A stretch of 60,538 nucleotides of DNA, counting the filler, from Sphacelaria rigidula (taxonomy: Eukaryota): the NCBI GenBank assembly GCA_964200075.2. It is 9 parts of 9 records of this genome, joined end to end, with 100 filler letters (N's around TTAATTAATTAA, not from the genome) between each part and the next. Parts side by side here need not be neighbours in the genome. Positions count along the whole stretch, not along the records: positions 33,691 to 40,327 come from CAXNAA020018917.1; positions 40,428 to 47,064 come from CAXNAA020018918.1; positions 47,165 to 53,801 come from CAXNAA020018919.1; 6 more parts are not named here. One strand, 5' to 3'. The first letter of the stretch is position 1. Each line of letters opens with the position of its first letter. The position numbers and the translations under genes were made by a program. Under the pieces are notes generated by a model. It had not been told where the DNA came from and did no database searches. It worked only from the letters and a program-made list of their open reading frames with translations. This document shows positions 34,964-48,715 of this stretch, one piece after another.

Positions 34964-36183
34964 ATGGCAAGTACTGACAAACAGTCCAATGCTACTGCTC
35001 TGCGAGAGCGATTGCATGAGGCGAGTGAAGACCGGAAGCGATTGACGGAGTTAGTCGAATCGCTACAGGTAACCACCGTGTCCATGAGCAAAGACATGAG
35101 GAAACGGGATTAGCTTGAAGAGCAGCAGCTTCGTGGGGACGCTGGTGTTACTGGAGAGGGGGGGGCAGCTGCTGCTGGCGGGCGCGGAGGCGTCGACCCA
35201 GCCGTAGCAACCGTGAACTGGGCTTGTGCGCAGCAGGGTTGCACGTAGTGCAACGACTAGGGAAGTTGGTTATGAACCCGGTCGCCGAACACACTCCGGC
35301 GGTCTTCGACCAGGAGACGGGGTGAAAGATGGGCGCGAAAGTGCCTCAGGTGAATACCTCCGCGTAGGTAGACAGTCGTTATTTGGTCCAGGTGGTCTTG
35401 GATTCGATCTTGATTCCGGTGGTGGTGGTATATTCCGTGATACTGAAGATGATGACGATGATGATGTAGCTGAGAATGATGATGAAGCGAATGATTTTAC
35501 CCAACCTCTCGTATCCATCTTTCGGCAAGCTTGATGTCAGACTGATGCATTTTACTGGAAAGTTGAGTGAGTGGGCTGTGTGGAGGAAAACCACGTATGC
35601 TCATCTCTCTTTGCATGGGTTTGAGCAGGCACTCACTTCAAATTTACACAATCAAGTATGTGCGATGATGTCGTCTGCGAGACAAGCAGCTTGGGATCTC
35701 GCGCCGTCAGGTTACAGCGGCCAAGCTGGCGTACCGATATTTCTTGGGGGCAATGAAAGACGAGGTCAGTCTGCAAATCGTTTTACGATGTGGTTCGCCT
35801 TCACTCGCGTGGTCACAATTGGAAGATCACTACTCTCCCGTATCTGTACGTGCTGGGGTGGCGTTGCTCGAAAAGTTCAATGCTATACAGTACAAGCCGG
35901 AAACTGACCCCGGAATTACGTTCCTTGAGATCGAGAACGTTGCCGCGGAGATGTATGTGAAAGACTGTGGCGTTTCAGACGAGGTGGTAACTGTCAAGGT
36001 GATATCAGTATTACCTCCTGAATATAACGCCGTTCTCGACCCCATGCGCTATTCTGCTGGGCACGTTGTTTCACGAGCGCATATGAGGGCGGCTGTCAGA
36101 GGCAAATACTTGTCGCTGAAGCCGACCAGGAAGGGAGGCAGCAGCCGTGCTCTGTTCGCCGCGACCGGCCACGGTCTGGTCTA
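34964..36183 (+). mobile_element. Ty1/copia gag pseudogene
   Basis: FTGKLSEWAVWRK, SPSLAWSQLEDHY, VISVLPPEYNAV (copia gag/UBN2-type motifs); stops and frameshifts. Confidence 0.8.
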
Positions 36184-36320
36184 GGCAAGCGTGGTGGTGG
36201 CAACGACAGGGGGCGAGGAAATCGCTCCGGCCGGACCAATAACAACAACAACGAGCCGACAGCGACATCAACTCCGGCGATGAAGATACGGAAGAAGAAA
36301 CGGTCCGAGTTTCAAGTTCT

Positions 36321-37810
36321 GTGGCGCGTTCACGTGTAAGGTGCGCGGATACCAGCGATGGTGATTCCACCGAAGAATATACTTCCTCGAGCAGGGAGGG
36401 CAGTACAGCTACATCCCTGGAATCATCCTCGGGTGATGAATCATTGAGCGGCGAGGGCGAGGATGGTGAACGTGATGCTGCGCGGGACACCAACTTCAGC
36501 GAGACGGGTGATCGAGCACCCGCGAGTGAGCCCCGTGCGCTTGGTCGTACTCGGCAACAAACTCGCGTCCAACAACAGCGAGCATCGCCGATAATGGAAG
36601 ACGGTGAGCTGGACAACATCAGCCAGGCGGGGATGAGTTCCCCTGACCCTGAACAGCCTGTGCCTGGACGCACTCGACAGGAAACCCGGGCTGTAGAGGG
36701 CAGCATGTCGGCACAACTGACGGATCTACATGGCAACATCTACTTCGCCAGTTCATCTGTAGCCTTCATGGTAGAGGCGGGGGGGTATGTTATAAAACGA
36801 ATGCATTTAACAGACATAGAGTCACAGAACCGAGTACTGTGGGAGCAGGCAATGCAGCGTGAGTTCACAGGTCTAGAAGAAAAAGGTACTTTTGAATTAG
36901 TAGATAAGCTTCCGGGGGGTCGTCAAGCCATTGGTACGAAGTGGCTTTACAGTTGGAAGACAGATGAGGACGGATTTGTGAACAAGCCCAAGGCGAGGTT
37001 CGTGTGTCTGGGTAAGCTGTAACAACCTGGAATTGATTTTGAAAACACCTTTGCCCCGACCCTTCCTAGTCTCACATCAAGAATACTTACTGTGGAGACT
37101 GGTCTGGACAATTCGTGAAAGTCTTGAAGGTCCTTTATAGCTTGAAGCAAGCAGGTAGAGCTTGGAACGCTAAGCTTGTGATAGATCTCAAGGAATACGG
37201 GTTCGAGCAGTGCATGGCTGAACCATGCACTGTCAGGTTGATGGAGGGAAATGACTTGAAGGCACTACTCACTGTGCACGTTGATGATCTCCTTATCGTG
37301 TGTGACAAGGAACAATGTGAAAAGGTCAAGGAGGCATTTGTAATTAAGATTGCCACAAATGATCAGGAAGGGCTAGCTTTTTACGGCGGTAGTGCGCACG
37401 AGTGCAACTGGGAAAATGGTGCAATCAAGATTTCTCAGTCAGCATTTGTCGAGAAAATCGTCGATAAGTTTGATATCACGCGCACCGTTCATACCCCAGC
37501 ATCTGTTACAACCACGAATACGACACAGGTGGGAAGGGGGGAATCTGAGGAGGATGTGCCGTACAGACAGGCGGTGGGAGCGTTGATGTGGCTGGCCAAT
37601 AACACTCGCCCTGACATCGCGGACGCTGTGGGGGAAGTGTCGCGACACAGACATGATTTCACACATGATGGCTGACTGAGGGTAGTACGCATCCTGGAGT
37701 ACCTAAATAGCACGCGCGATATAGGTATCACGCACGAACGCGGTACCCAAGAGCGACTAGTGGCATACGCCGACGTTGACTTGTGCCAATTCGGAAGAAA
37801 GACGGTCTGT
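36321..37810 (+). mobile_element. Ty1/copia reverse transcriptase pseudogene (internally deleted)
   Basis: WEQAMQREF..., IGTKWLY...KARFVCLG, GIDFENTFAP, LYSLKQAGRAWN, VHVDDLLI, YRQAVGALMWLANNTRPDI. Confidence 0.92.
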
Positions 37811-37829
37811 AACAAGACCGTTTTCCCTC

Positions 37830-38270
37830 CGAATTGGCATAGTCAGCGTCGGCGTATGCCACTAGTCTCTCTTGAGTACCGCGTTCGTACGTGATGCCTA
37901 CCTAGACCATTTTCCCCTCGGAATTGGCACAAGTCAACGTCGGCGTATGCCACCAGTCTCTCTTGAGTACCGCGTTCGTACGGGATACCTATATCGCGCG
38001 TGCTATTTAGGTGCTCCAGGATGCGTACGACCCTCAGCCAGTCACCATGTGTAAAACCACGGCTGGGGCGCGACACTTCCTTCACAGCGTCCACGATGTC
38101 GGGGCGAGTGTTATTGGCCAGCCGCATTAACGCTGCCACCGCCTGCCTGTACGGCACATCCACCTCAGATTCCCCCCTTTTCACCTGTGTCGTCTTCGTG
38201 GTTGTAACAGATGCGGGGGTATAGGCGGTGCGCGTGATATCACACTTATCGACGATTTTCTCGATGACAA
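37830..38270 (-). mobile_element. Inverted duplicate of the copia RT C-terminal region
   Basis: Minus ORF YRQAVAALMRLANNTRPDIVDAV mirrors 37450-37795. Confidence 0.88.
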
Positions 38271-38711
38271 AAGATATGCGGTTCAAGTCCCGGCATGATC
38301 GATTGTAGAAGGAACGAGTTTGACATGTGAACAGTGAGGCTCACGGGGGGCAAGGGGCTCCGGAGACCACTGATGTCTCATGCTGGGACGGACCACACAG
38401 CATATCCTTTGTTGAGGAAGCGAACAGTTTACCCATTGAACTAGTGAGCGCTAACTGGTCCAATGGGTGAAACTGTTCGCTTCCTCAACACAGGACTGGT
38501 TCAAAAGTCGGGAGTGCGCATAACCATGAACGATGGGCAAGAATTAGTTTTCCCAAGGAAGGAAACACGAATATTATCCAAGATACTTGCCTCTCGTCTC
38601 TTCTCAGCACGTTAGAGCGTGAGTTTGACTAAACCTAAAACGAGATGGCAAGTCCTGAGCTCGCCCCTGGCTTCACGCCCCTCGATGGTCCCGTAGACAT
38701 TGATGTTGTTT

Positions 38712-39126
38712 CACCGATCGTATGGCCCCTCGAACCAAGTGCTACTTCGAGAATCGGCCAAGGCTACTGGTGTGGAGCTTGAGGGCAAACTGGAGCCATG
38801 CCAGGGTCTTCGCTGGCCAAGGGTCCACGGCGGCCGATTCCGCCGGAGACGGCTACTCGTGCACGCGAAGTTACTCCTTCGCCGGGGGGGACATGTGCTC
38901 CCATCGGATGGAGTTTACCTTCCCGCTGGCACCCAGCGAAGCAGATTTCCCTCTCAGCAGAGGAGTAACTTCGTGTGCACCAGTGTCGTCTCCCGCGGAA
39001 TCGGCCGCCGTAGGCCCTTGGCCAGAGGACACCCTGGCATGGCTCCAGTTTGCCGTCAAGCTCCACACCAGTAGCCTTGGCCGATTCTCGAAGTAGCACC
39101 TCGTTCAAGCGGCCATACGATCGGTG
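38712..39126. mobile_element. Inverted repeat built from the copia integrase N-terminal zinc-finger region
   Basis: Arms 38712-38878 and 38961-39126; translation HRSYGRLNEVLLRESAKATGVELDGKLEPCQG resembles the copia H..GH....C..C segment. Confidence 0.8.
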
Positions 39127-39129
39127 CTT

Positions 39130-40129
39130 GATGGAAACGTGCATTTTCAGGTTGGTAGAGAAAGGCGATGTGGAAGCTTTACTGACTGTGCATGGGGATG
39201 CCCTTCTTATTGTATGTGATGAGGACCAGTGCGCTAGAATCAGGGCAGCTTCGCTACTCAAGTTTCCCACGAAGGATCTTGGGGAACCAATATTCTACGG
39301 TGGATATGCGTAAGTGCGCACATAGGACAACGATACGGTCGAAATTTCTCAGTCCGTCTTTGTAGATGAAATCATCGACAAGTCTGATATCACGCGCACT
39401 GCCCCCACCCCCGCATATGTTGCACCTAAGAAGACGACACAGGTGGACGAGAGGGGACCTAAGGTGGATGTACCGCACAGACAGGCGGTGAGCACGTTAG
39501 TATGGCTGTCCTATAACACTAACCCTGACATCGCGGACGCTGTGAGGAAATTGTCGCAACACAGTCATCGATTACTGGATGAGGGTGATTCGCATCCTGG
39601 AGTGCTTAAATAGCACGCGCGAAATAGTTATCACTTACGAGCGTAGTTCTAAGTAGACATTAGCGACATACGCCAACGCCGACTATGCCAACTCGAAGGA
39701 AAGACGATTTGCGACAAGAGTTGTTAATGTTTCGAGGAGCAATTGCGGTTGGTGAATCGAGGACCCAGGGCGATGTATCGTTGTCTGATACCGAGGCAGA
39801 GTATGTAGCAATTGGTGAGGTGACCAAATGGGTGCTATCCATGCGGGGAATCCTCAAATTCGTCTCACCGGATGTGAAGGAGAAGTTTACTACGAATTTT
39901 GAAGACAACCAGGGTGCCTTCCATTGGCCAACAGCCCGCTAAGTAGTTATCACAGCAAGGACATCGACGTACGGCACTATTTTCTTCGTTAGCTCGTTGG
40001 TGACGGCAAGGTTCGGTTCGAGTACATACGATCCGAACATCCGAACGAGAGCACGCCGACATCATGACGAAGGTTTCGCCTGCCGCAAGTTTTGAGTACG
40101 ACAGGAATGTCATGATGAACATCAAGTAG
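39130..40129 (+). mobile_element. Second copia RT/RNase H pseudogene fragment
   Basis: LLTVHGDALLI, SLSDTEAEYVAI, FEDNQGA, EHADIMTK; purine tract follows at ~40236. Confidence 0.88.
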
Positions 40130-42705
40130 GCTAAGTAGTTTTCTTCTATGCGATTATGGTGGTTTTTGATGTATTTCGGGGGGATGCACTTATTTGTTGC
40201 TGGCCTTAGTCTTTCCAACATTGACCTGTTTTTGCGGGGGGGAGGGGGGGGGGGGGGGGGAAGGGGTTCTTTGTTTTGTCGCTGGCAGCAGGCGACACTG
40301 TCCAGGGAGACGTTGTTGCGCGGATGGNNNNNNNNNNNNNNNNNNNNNNNNNNNNNNNNNNNNNNNNNNNNTTAATTAATTAANNNNNNNNNNNNNNNNN
40401 NNNNNNNNNNNNNNNNNNNNNNNNNNNTCCAAAAGCATAAGGGTCTACCCTTTTTTGTGTATTGCGCTTATATTTTCCCGGTGTTTGATACGCACCTTTG
40501 TCGGCGTAGGCTGTTCTAGGAACATGGTGAGCCTGGACCTTTGCCCCCAAGGGTTGTATGACACTGTTGCACTTCCTCACATTACAAATCCCGATCCGCT
40601 ATTAATAAACGCCTGATTGGGTCATGTCCCAACGTCTTAACGTTGGGCCTGCTTCAACAATCTGTTCCCCTTTCTCATCCCTTTCTCATTTGAGGAACAA
40701 AACACTGCTTGGCGGACTTTTACCTTTTTTTTTCTTACCTTCGACCAGCGGTGACAGGGTACAGTACCTTGTGCACTGGCACCAAATTCTCATAAATATA
40801 GGTGTGGACAGGTGTACCGCCACGAAACGAACACGTACACACGGTTAAGGTGCATATGAATGGTTCAGTCACTATTATCTTTTCTTGGTCCCCAAAGTAA
40901 TGGAAAGTACGCTTTTAACACTTACGCTGACCCGTGGTGACCTCCACCAGTAGGCGCAGGTTTTGAGGCCTCTTGGAGGGCGGCTACATCAACTTGTGGC
41001 GGTCCGCAGCAGGCGTGAAGGCCATTTTTTACTCAGCCTGACATGAAGCAATGCCGCGTTTTCTACTTGCTTGCACCCATTTTCAGGCTGTTTCTTGTTT
41101 GACGGTTTCAAGCCTTGTTCTTTACGCTAATTAAGGGCAGCAAAAGAAGTTGGCGCTGTGAACAAACGCCACCAAAACGACGGAAAACAAGAGCAGAAAC
41201 ATACTGTAGACAAAACAAACACACAAATGAACCAGGAACAATATTTGGTGCAGTCGAGCCCTAGCTAGGTCGTCAGAGATTTGTCTGCTTGGGGACCTGT
41301 TTGCCTTTTGACCGATGTTGTCCGTGTACGTCTGTTTTTGGCCGCCTGTGTCCGCTAGGTTGGCGTTTATTTACCACAGTGCAATGCTGGCCGGTAGACA
41401 AAAGCATGCTAGGCAACATGCTGTACAGTGCACTGCAATTCGTGCGTCACCCTTTCAGCGACTGGTGCTGTCTCTGCTGCCCATGATGGCATACGTGAAC
41501 TCGGTCGGTGGTTGCTCTTTTCCTGTTTCTGTTTTTCATGTGTGTTCGGGCTGTCGTTCGCACTCTCCAGATCCGAGCAGATCCCAGCATGGTGGCACCT
41601 CTGGTTGGGACAGCCGCCGTTGGGGTCAAACTCGCTTCAGGATGGGTCGTAGCGGGATGATATTCTGTCCTGAGTGCGCTGTTGGGAGGTCTGGAGTTTA
41701 GGGTTATGTAAGTGTTGCACAGTACAGGACATGGTTGGCTTGAAGGAACGCATGAGCCCTCCAGGAACCTACAGATGGCCGCTGGAAGACGTGCTCTTTA
41801 TTGCCATCCATGTTCTAGTTTTTCTGCTGTCTTTGAGCTAGCGTTTGGGGCTCGTGTTCGAATTCACTGGACCGAGGACGCGATCTAGACGCGCACAATA
41901 CTGTATCAGCCACACCCGCTGATTAAAGTCAATAATATTTTCTCAGATGATGCTTCGCGTCCCGTGAAGACAAGGCCTATCACATTCCGGTTCTCGGTAG
42001 GTGGCATATCTCTCAGTTTCGTTTCGGCATCACCACTTTCCCGATTTTTCACTCAAAAATCATAGATTTGAATTTAGGGGAGGGTAGTCGAAATCCGAGC
42101 GATTAGGCTGCTAGACGTCTCTGTATTCCTGGAAGTGGAGTTGATTTCCATGCCGCCGAGAAATGGACGAGTCACTCTGTTGTCAAGAATCTGTTATGAG
42201 TTGACTGAGAGTGAAAAGTATTGGAGTGGCGCGGTAACTAACTAGAATAAAAAAGTGAGCAGACTGTTTTTCTTGGAGTTGCCCCAAGACCATGCCACAC
42301 CCGATGGAGACAGTATGGGTGATATCAGTTCACCGAACGAGCGAAATATGCGCGTAGGATGACTCACGTAGCTCGGGAAGCTGCTTTCATGGGCCTTCAT
42401 GCTGCTCATATGGTGGTTTGCGGCCAACGCATGAAATATTTCTGTCAGACCACAAAAGTGGAGGGGCGCAGAACCTGAGAGATACGATAGTTCCCACGTT
42501 TTTCTGAAAAATTATGCTGGAAAAATCCGTTTTGGCTAGGAAACGTTCAGACATGTCCAACAGTCAACAGCTTGCACACGACCCAGCGGAATTGTGCGTG
42601 TTCTTCCTCGGTTCGGAGAGAGCCATACGAGAATGCTGTTGGCCGAGTTTGAAAGGGGGAAGAATACAGGCTGGTTCACGGAAAAGACCCGGAAAATACT
42701 CATCG

Positions 42706-42972
42706 GCAAAAGTTCACGCCGTTTCAAGGAGTTAGACCCTGAAATTTCGCACAGGTGTTCTATGTATCAGTACGCAACTTCCCAATGTCAAGTTTTTCAC
42801 CGTTTAGCCGGGGTCCCATTTTTTGCGGGGAAACTTCGATCCAGTCGGACCCCTGTAAAGAGGTAAAGCTGGAAGAAAAAGAGAACCTCGTTCATCCAAA
42901 GTTGCGTAATGTTCCATAGAACACCTGTGCAAAATTTCAGGGTCTGACTCCTTGAAACGGCGTGAAGTTTGT
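42706..42972. repeat. Internal inverted repeat of a non-coding DNA-transposon-like region; diverged extra arm at ~43290-43360
   Basis: TTCACGCCGTTTCAAGGAGTTAGACCCTGAAATTTCGCACAGGTGTTCTATG vs CATAGAACACCTGTGCAAAATTTCAGGGTCTGACTCCTTGAAACGGCGTGAA. Confidence 0.75.
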
Positions 42973-45900
42973 CGCGTTTGTGTGATGAACCTTGGCTTGC
43001 CACGGTAAAACGGCGAACTATTAGATTTTAGTTTAAAAATGACGTTTTTGGGCCTTCTTTGACGTGAACACGAAAATTCAAGCACCAGTTCATCGAGATT
43101 GGCCACGAAACTTTGCGAGGTTCTTCCTTAGATGTTGCGACGACAGAGCGTTCGCCGAAAAATTAAAAAAAATCGTAGTGCCGGTTTTCCGGGGTCGCAG
43201 AATGGACGACTTCTAAAAAACAACTTGGATCCCGTCGGACCACAAAAAACGGTATAAAATTCAAGAAGTAGAAAAACGTATTTGATCGAAACGTGCGTAA
43301 TGGTTCATAGAGCATTTGTGCAAAGTTTCAGGGCCTAACTCCTAATAACTGCGTGAAGGTTTAAGCGTTTGTTCGAGAAGCTTAAAACGTGCCAACTTCC
43401 AAGTGTATGGGAGTTCCGCGTCTGTCCACCAAATTTTGTACATGTGTTCCTTGAACTATTCCGGGACGCATTATGTTACTATTTTTTCTTGTGAGTCGTT
43501 CTGTACCGCCTTCCGAGGGTCTTTGTACTGGGACCCCAGAAGCCGGTAGAGAGCGGAGAGACTGTGAACTCTTGCCAAGAACGCAAATTTTCCATATGGA
43601 GCATCAATACCTACGGAACTGCCAAGTTTGAGGATGATCTGAGCTTTTTTACAACAGATGTAAGGGAAATCGTCACGAGGCTCCCTGTCTTTCCTACGCA
43701 TCATGAGTGGAAATCAGACGACGCCAAACTACACATCACCGAAATATTACGGTTTCGGGTATAATTCGATCCCGTTGGAACCGTTTTCCAATCTGTTCCT
43801 TCCGTTAGATTCCTGAGGTGATGACGGTCACTACGATTTGAAGCATGTTGAGATTCGGTGGAAATTGGACTTGGAATTCGTATTTGCAATTTCGGAACAA
43901 TTTGAAAGGTGCTGATTGATCGAGGCACAATTTTGTACATGGCACCACCGCTAAAGCCTTTATAAAAAATCCGGCCATGTCACCCTGTTCATCTGTTCAC
44001 TGCGGTCAGTATGATACCATGTATGCGCTTTTTGGGTCCGTTTTGCAGAAGTTATTTACTGATGACAGATTTTTGGGTCGTTTGCGTGAACCAGCCTGTA
44101 GAACATACGCCTTTACCATTCGGTTCAAGGACGTTCACGTGAGAATTACGCTGAGTCCAACGATGAGATCTTCGCGTTCCCCGTCCGATTAGAAGAAACG
44201 TCAACGTGAAAACGAAGCACATGACAACGTTAGAATCGTGCCCATTTTGTAGGTAGACGTGTGAGAGCTTTCCTTACACAGGGTGAAGTGGAAGTCTTAT
44301 ACTTCCTCCGTGTGATAAGTCTGGGCACTTATGGACGTTTAATCGTTCGTGCATTCAAACCCTTCCGATCATCCTATAGTTGGGTTCGTTGTAAAGATGA
44401 AATGCCGACGAGGCTGATGCAAAAAAAAATGAAAAAAAAGTTAGTGATCCATACTAAAATTACGTCAAAATATGCCCATTTTGGCCCATTTTTGGTCCAT
44501 GCATACCCCAATATTGACCAATTTTGGAAGTTTTTACGTCAAACACTCGCGATTACATGCTGAAAAAATGTTAAATGTGTAGTAGCGTTGACGTCACGGA
44601 AATATCCAAAATCAATGGTTCTTTCGCGATTTTCACGTATTTTTCACGTTTTTTCGCGATTTTTCGTGTTCCCGGATCCCCCATGCTTCCTGGGGAAAAG
44701 CGCGAAAAATTGCCGTTTTTTGGCCGACCCACTTTTTCTCAACCGCGAGACCGCACACGTCGAGCACCCACGTTGTAGAAATAGTGTTGTTTTTAGCTCA
44801 AAAAACGCCAACAAATGCAATAAAAAAAATTGAAATCAAATCGGACACCGTTAAGGGCTCGTACTAAGATGGGTTCCCAGACTTACGAAACAGAGGAAGT
44901 ATGCCCAGATTTTAATCAGGCAACACGGTATCCTATGGCTATCTGTGAGCCGCGAAAAGATACGAACACCTTCGCTGGGTCATTTGCTGCAAACTGCCGG
45001 AAACGTTCAAGGGCGTTTCGGACCGGGGACGAATTTTCCTGATCCAGAACATATGTCCCTCGAATGACAGCATGACTATATCCCAACCGTCCGAGGCAGC
45101 AAAACGATCGGTGAGCCGACTCTTTCTCTGCCGAAACGGAACACTTTGTACCGAAAAATTCACCAAATTTCACGAAATTTCACAGAGTGAGGATGGATGT
45201 TCGGGGATAAACGTGGGTAACCTCTACAAGCATTGAAATATCTTCGAAAAAAATATGCCGATGCACTCTCGGGCCGTGATGTGTGGCCTCGCTCATCCTC
45301 AAAATAATCCATTCCCATTTTGTAAGATGCCGTATTCATACCGAATGACTTCGACCCCCGTTCATTCCCGTACGAAAAACCGTAATCAGTCAGAATCCGT
45401 TGTTAACACGGGAGTTTACAAATTCCGGATCGATCTTTTTTTGAGGATGAGCGAGGCCACATATCATACCCGGATGTTGCATTTACATTTTGTTTCCGAA
45501 AATATTTCGATGCCAACGGATTTCCCTGCAGTATTATAAGGTCCATCCTAAACAACAATCGATCCGCAATGCGTGAAATTCCGTCTTGATTGCACCAACA
45601 GAAGGCCTCTTGACATGGCGAGGCGAACCAGTTCGTTAGGCCCGCCCTGTTCAGCGCAGAGAAAAAGGCATTTGTGGTTCTCTGCCCAAAGAATTACAGA
45701 CGCTGACCTGTGGACGAGCCAACCTTGAGTACCTTGTGTGGACCCTAGTTTTACCCTTGGCTTGGCGAAGAGTTGTAATTAAGTAGGAACCGGAGAAATT
45801 TGAAGAAGGTGACCGTTTCGTTTTTCAGGAGAACAATAACGCCTCCCTGAAGAACAACTCTACGCTAACTACCCGGAATCAGGTGATGGCCCGTTCTTGC

Positions 45901-47268
45901 CATCATTTGGCCGCGAAGGTAGACACTACCGTACGCACTCTCGGAGCTCGGTCGGGTCGAGAAAAAAGCGGTGTCGGCATTGTTGAGTTCTGTTATTCAC
46001 GATGTCGCAGGGGGTGTCGGTATTCGCGTAAGAAAAACGCGTCGCGTATGTCTCTGATACTTGCAAAAGTACTGCACTGCAGATAAAGTAAACTGGCCCG
46101 CCGTTTTTCTGATTGGACACAAAAAATGATGAAAAGTGATGGGCCAATCTTCCTCGGTCGACGTTTGATCCATGGCACCTTGGGGCGAGCGGAGGGGCTT
46201 TTGAATATGGGTGACGTGAAGCTGTAAATTTTGTTGCTTTTACCATTTTTGTTTTTCGGAGGGGAGACAGGGCGGGGAGTTCTCGGAAAAAAGAAGCCGC
46301 ACAAAGCGTGACATCGCTGTATGAACTTGCAAGCAATTTTCTGATTGGTCGAAAAATCGGCGGGTTTCTTCGACTGGCAAAGAGACGTCCACCATGTGTG
46401 GTGTCCTTGGACAGTTTTGGCGAAAAACAAGAAAAACTCGGAGAACAGACACAAGACTAGGGATAAGACGTCAGGTTGGCTTCAAGTGATGAGATACGGG
46501 AAATAATTCCGAATCAGAACAATATCTCGTCTAGACCGGGGTACAAACGAGGTGTGTGTTGTGTATTTGTGTACCCCCTTGGTTGGATAGTGATGCTCGC
46601 TGTTCCGTGTTATATCAGTTTTTCGGACTTACTCCTCTATAGTTGGGTACCAGAATGAAAACGCACGCGTGTTCATTCTCACGTATTGGAGCGTCTTCGT
46701 ACGATTGGTTTCTTTCCAAATGCGTGTCAGGCGAAACGACAAGAGGGAACGGGTGGCGACTAGGAGACAGGACCTCTTGTGTCCCCTCGTCGAAGATGAT
46801 GAGGTAAGTTTTCTAAAATCGAGAAGTTCTAGTCAAATATGTACTCCAAACAAAGTTGCTGGTGAGAGACGCAGAGCTGACTAGCTTTCACCAGACTACG
46901 AACACATGAATGTATATTTTATGCATAATGGTTCTACACGTCGTTGTAATGGGTCCAGAGTGAAACCTGTGTGCCCCCCCCCCCCCCAGGAAAAATGGTG
47001 AGACATCCATGAGGCAGTGTATAAACCATGGCTGTCTCGGGAAGTGGCGATACCAGACAATAAANNNNNNNNNNNNNNNNNNNNNNNNNNNNNNNNNNNN
47101 NNNNNNNNTTAATTAATTAANNNNNNNNNNNNNNNNNNNNNNNNNNNNNNNNNNNNNNNNNNNNTCTACACTTATGAGCCTCTTTTTTCGTGCAACCAAA
47201 TACCCCCCCCCCCTATCGTAGGATGACTCGGTGTTCATTCTTTTCCTACGACTTTCGGTCAAGCAAAT

Positions 47269-48715
47269 ATGGCTGACGATCGTTTGTTTCGCGTGCGTGT
47301 TGGCAGTAGTGATGTTTTATGGATTCCTTTTGATGATAAGGCTCTACAAACTCGCTTGATGGTGTGTGCTCAAATGCGGTCGGCTGGTCGCCGTGGTGTG
47401 GCGCCAACTCTGTTTCGTTTAAAAGAATACTGTGTGTGGCCTCAGATGGATTCCGACGTTCGCGAGTTCGTTCGCCAGTGTTTGCATTGTGCAGACACTC
47501 GTGCTGGTGCGATTGGACCTCGTCCGTATGGCGATACTGTGCATGGTACAGCGCCAGGTGAAGTTGTCCACTTTGCTTTTTTATGTGTCGGAAGTAGCGG
47601 ACCTGAAGGTGCTAATGGTTTGCCTGATGAGGATGGTTTTCGGTACGTTTTGGTTATCATGGGTGATTTGTCCAACTCCGCTTCGTTGGAGTCGACCGAG
47701 GCTTGCACCGCCGAGGTTATGGCTAAGCACTTAATGCATTGGTGCAAGACTTTGCAGATGCCGCGTGTGTGGCTTAGTGGTACCGCAGCGCACTTCAAGA
47801 ACCGAGTGATCTTGCAGCTGAGCGACACGCTCAGGGTACAACACCAATTTGCTGTTGCATGTACCCCTTGGTCGAATGGTGCATGGTGAAAGACGTTGTT
47901 CGTGTGTTACGGTCTATTTTGTCAGAACATCGACGGCCGGTGTCTGAATGGGTTGGTGTTTTGCCAGCCGCTCAGTGGGCGTTGAATACTTATTTTTGTC
48001 AGCGCTACCGTAACACTCTGTATTTTTTTATGTTTGGACGTGCGCCGCGTGCAGAATTTTCCGTGCTGGCGTCTGTCACTGGCGGCGAGTGGAACGTCGA
48101 TGTCATGGATGCTGATTCGTTGCGTGACAAGGTTCGCGGCGTGGTTGACGAGCAAGTGCGGTTCTGTATCGAATTGTAAGGTGCTGTTGCGATGTCTCGC
48201 GAAACCAAACGCAAGCTTGCTCAGGGCCAGGCTTTGTTGCCCAAGTTTGCGGTTGGCGATTTCGTATTGTATGCCCATGTTTGTAGGCAAGGTGTGACGC
48301 CAAAGTTGATGTCCACGTGGACAGGTCCGTGGCGAGTGGTCAGAGCCGATCACGCTCACGTGTATTGTCGTAGAACATTATTTCTGGCGCCGTGCACTCG
48401 GCCCTTGTCGCTCGTTTGCCTTTCTATGCTGACTCGCAGTTGCACATCACTGCGGAACTCAAAGATGTATTTCAGCATTCGTATGCTTGAGGTGAACGTC
48501 AGATGAATGCTCTGGTGCACGTCGCTGAGGGTGACAATGGTGATGTCATTGTTTTGGTCGAGTGGGAATGGTTCGGTGCTGAAGAACGTACGTGGGAGTC
48601 TCTTCGCAAGATTCATTCTTCTGCGCCTGAATTTGTTTTGAAGGAACTGCGTAAACTGCGGTTAACTCGGGCGCTGACCAGTAAATTAGCGTCACAGTAC
48701 GGTATTTCTTTGTGA
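47269..48715 (+). mobile_element. Ty3/Gypsy integrase plus C-terminal chromodomain, pseudogenised
   Basis: WPQMDSDVREFVRQCLHC zinc finger, eroded DDE core (VHFAFL, WLSGTAAHF, PWSNGA), GPY/F-like KLMSTWTGPWRV, chromodomain VLVEWEWFGAEERTWES; frameshifts. Confidence 0.9.
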
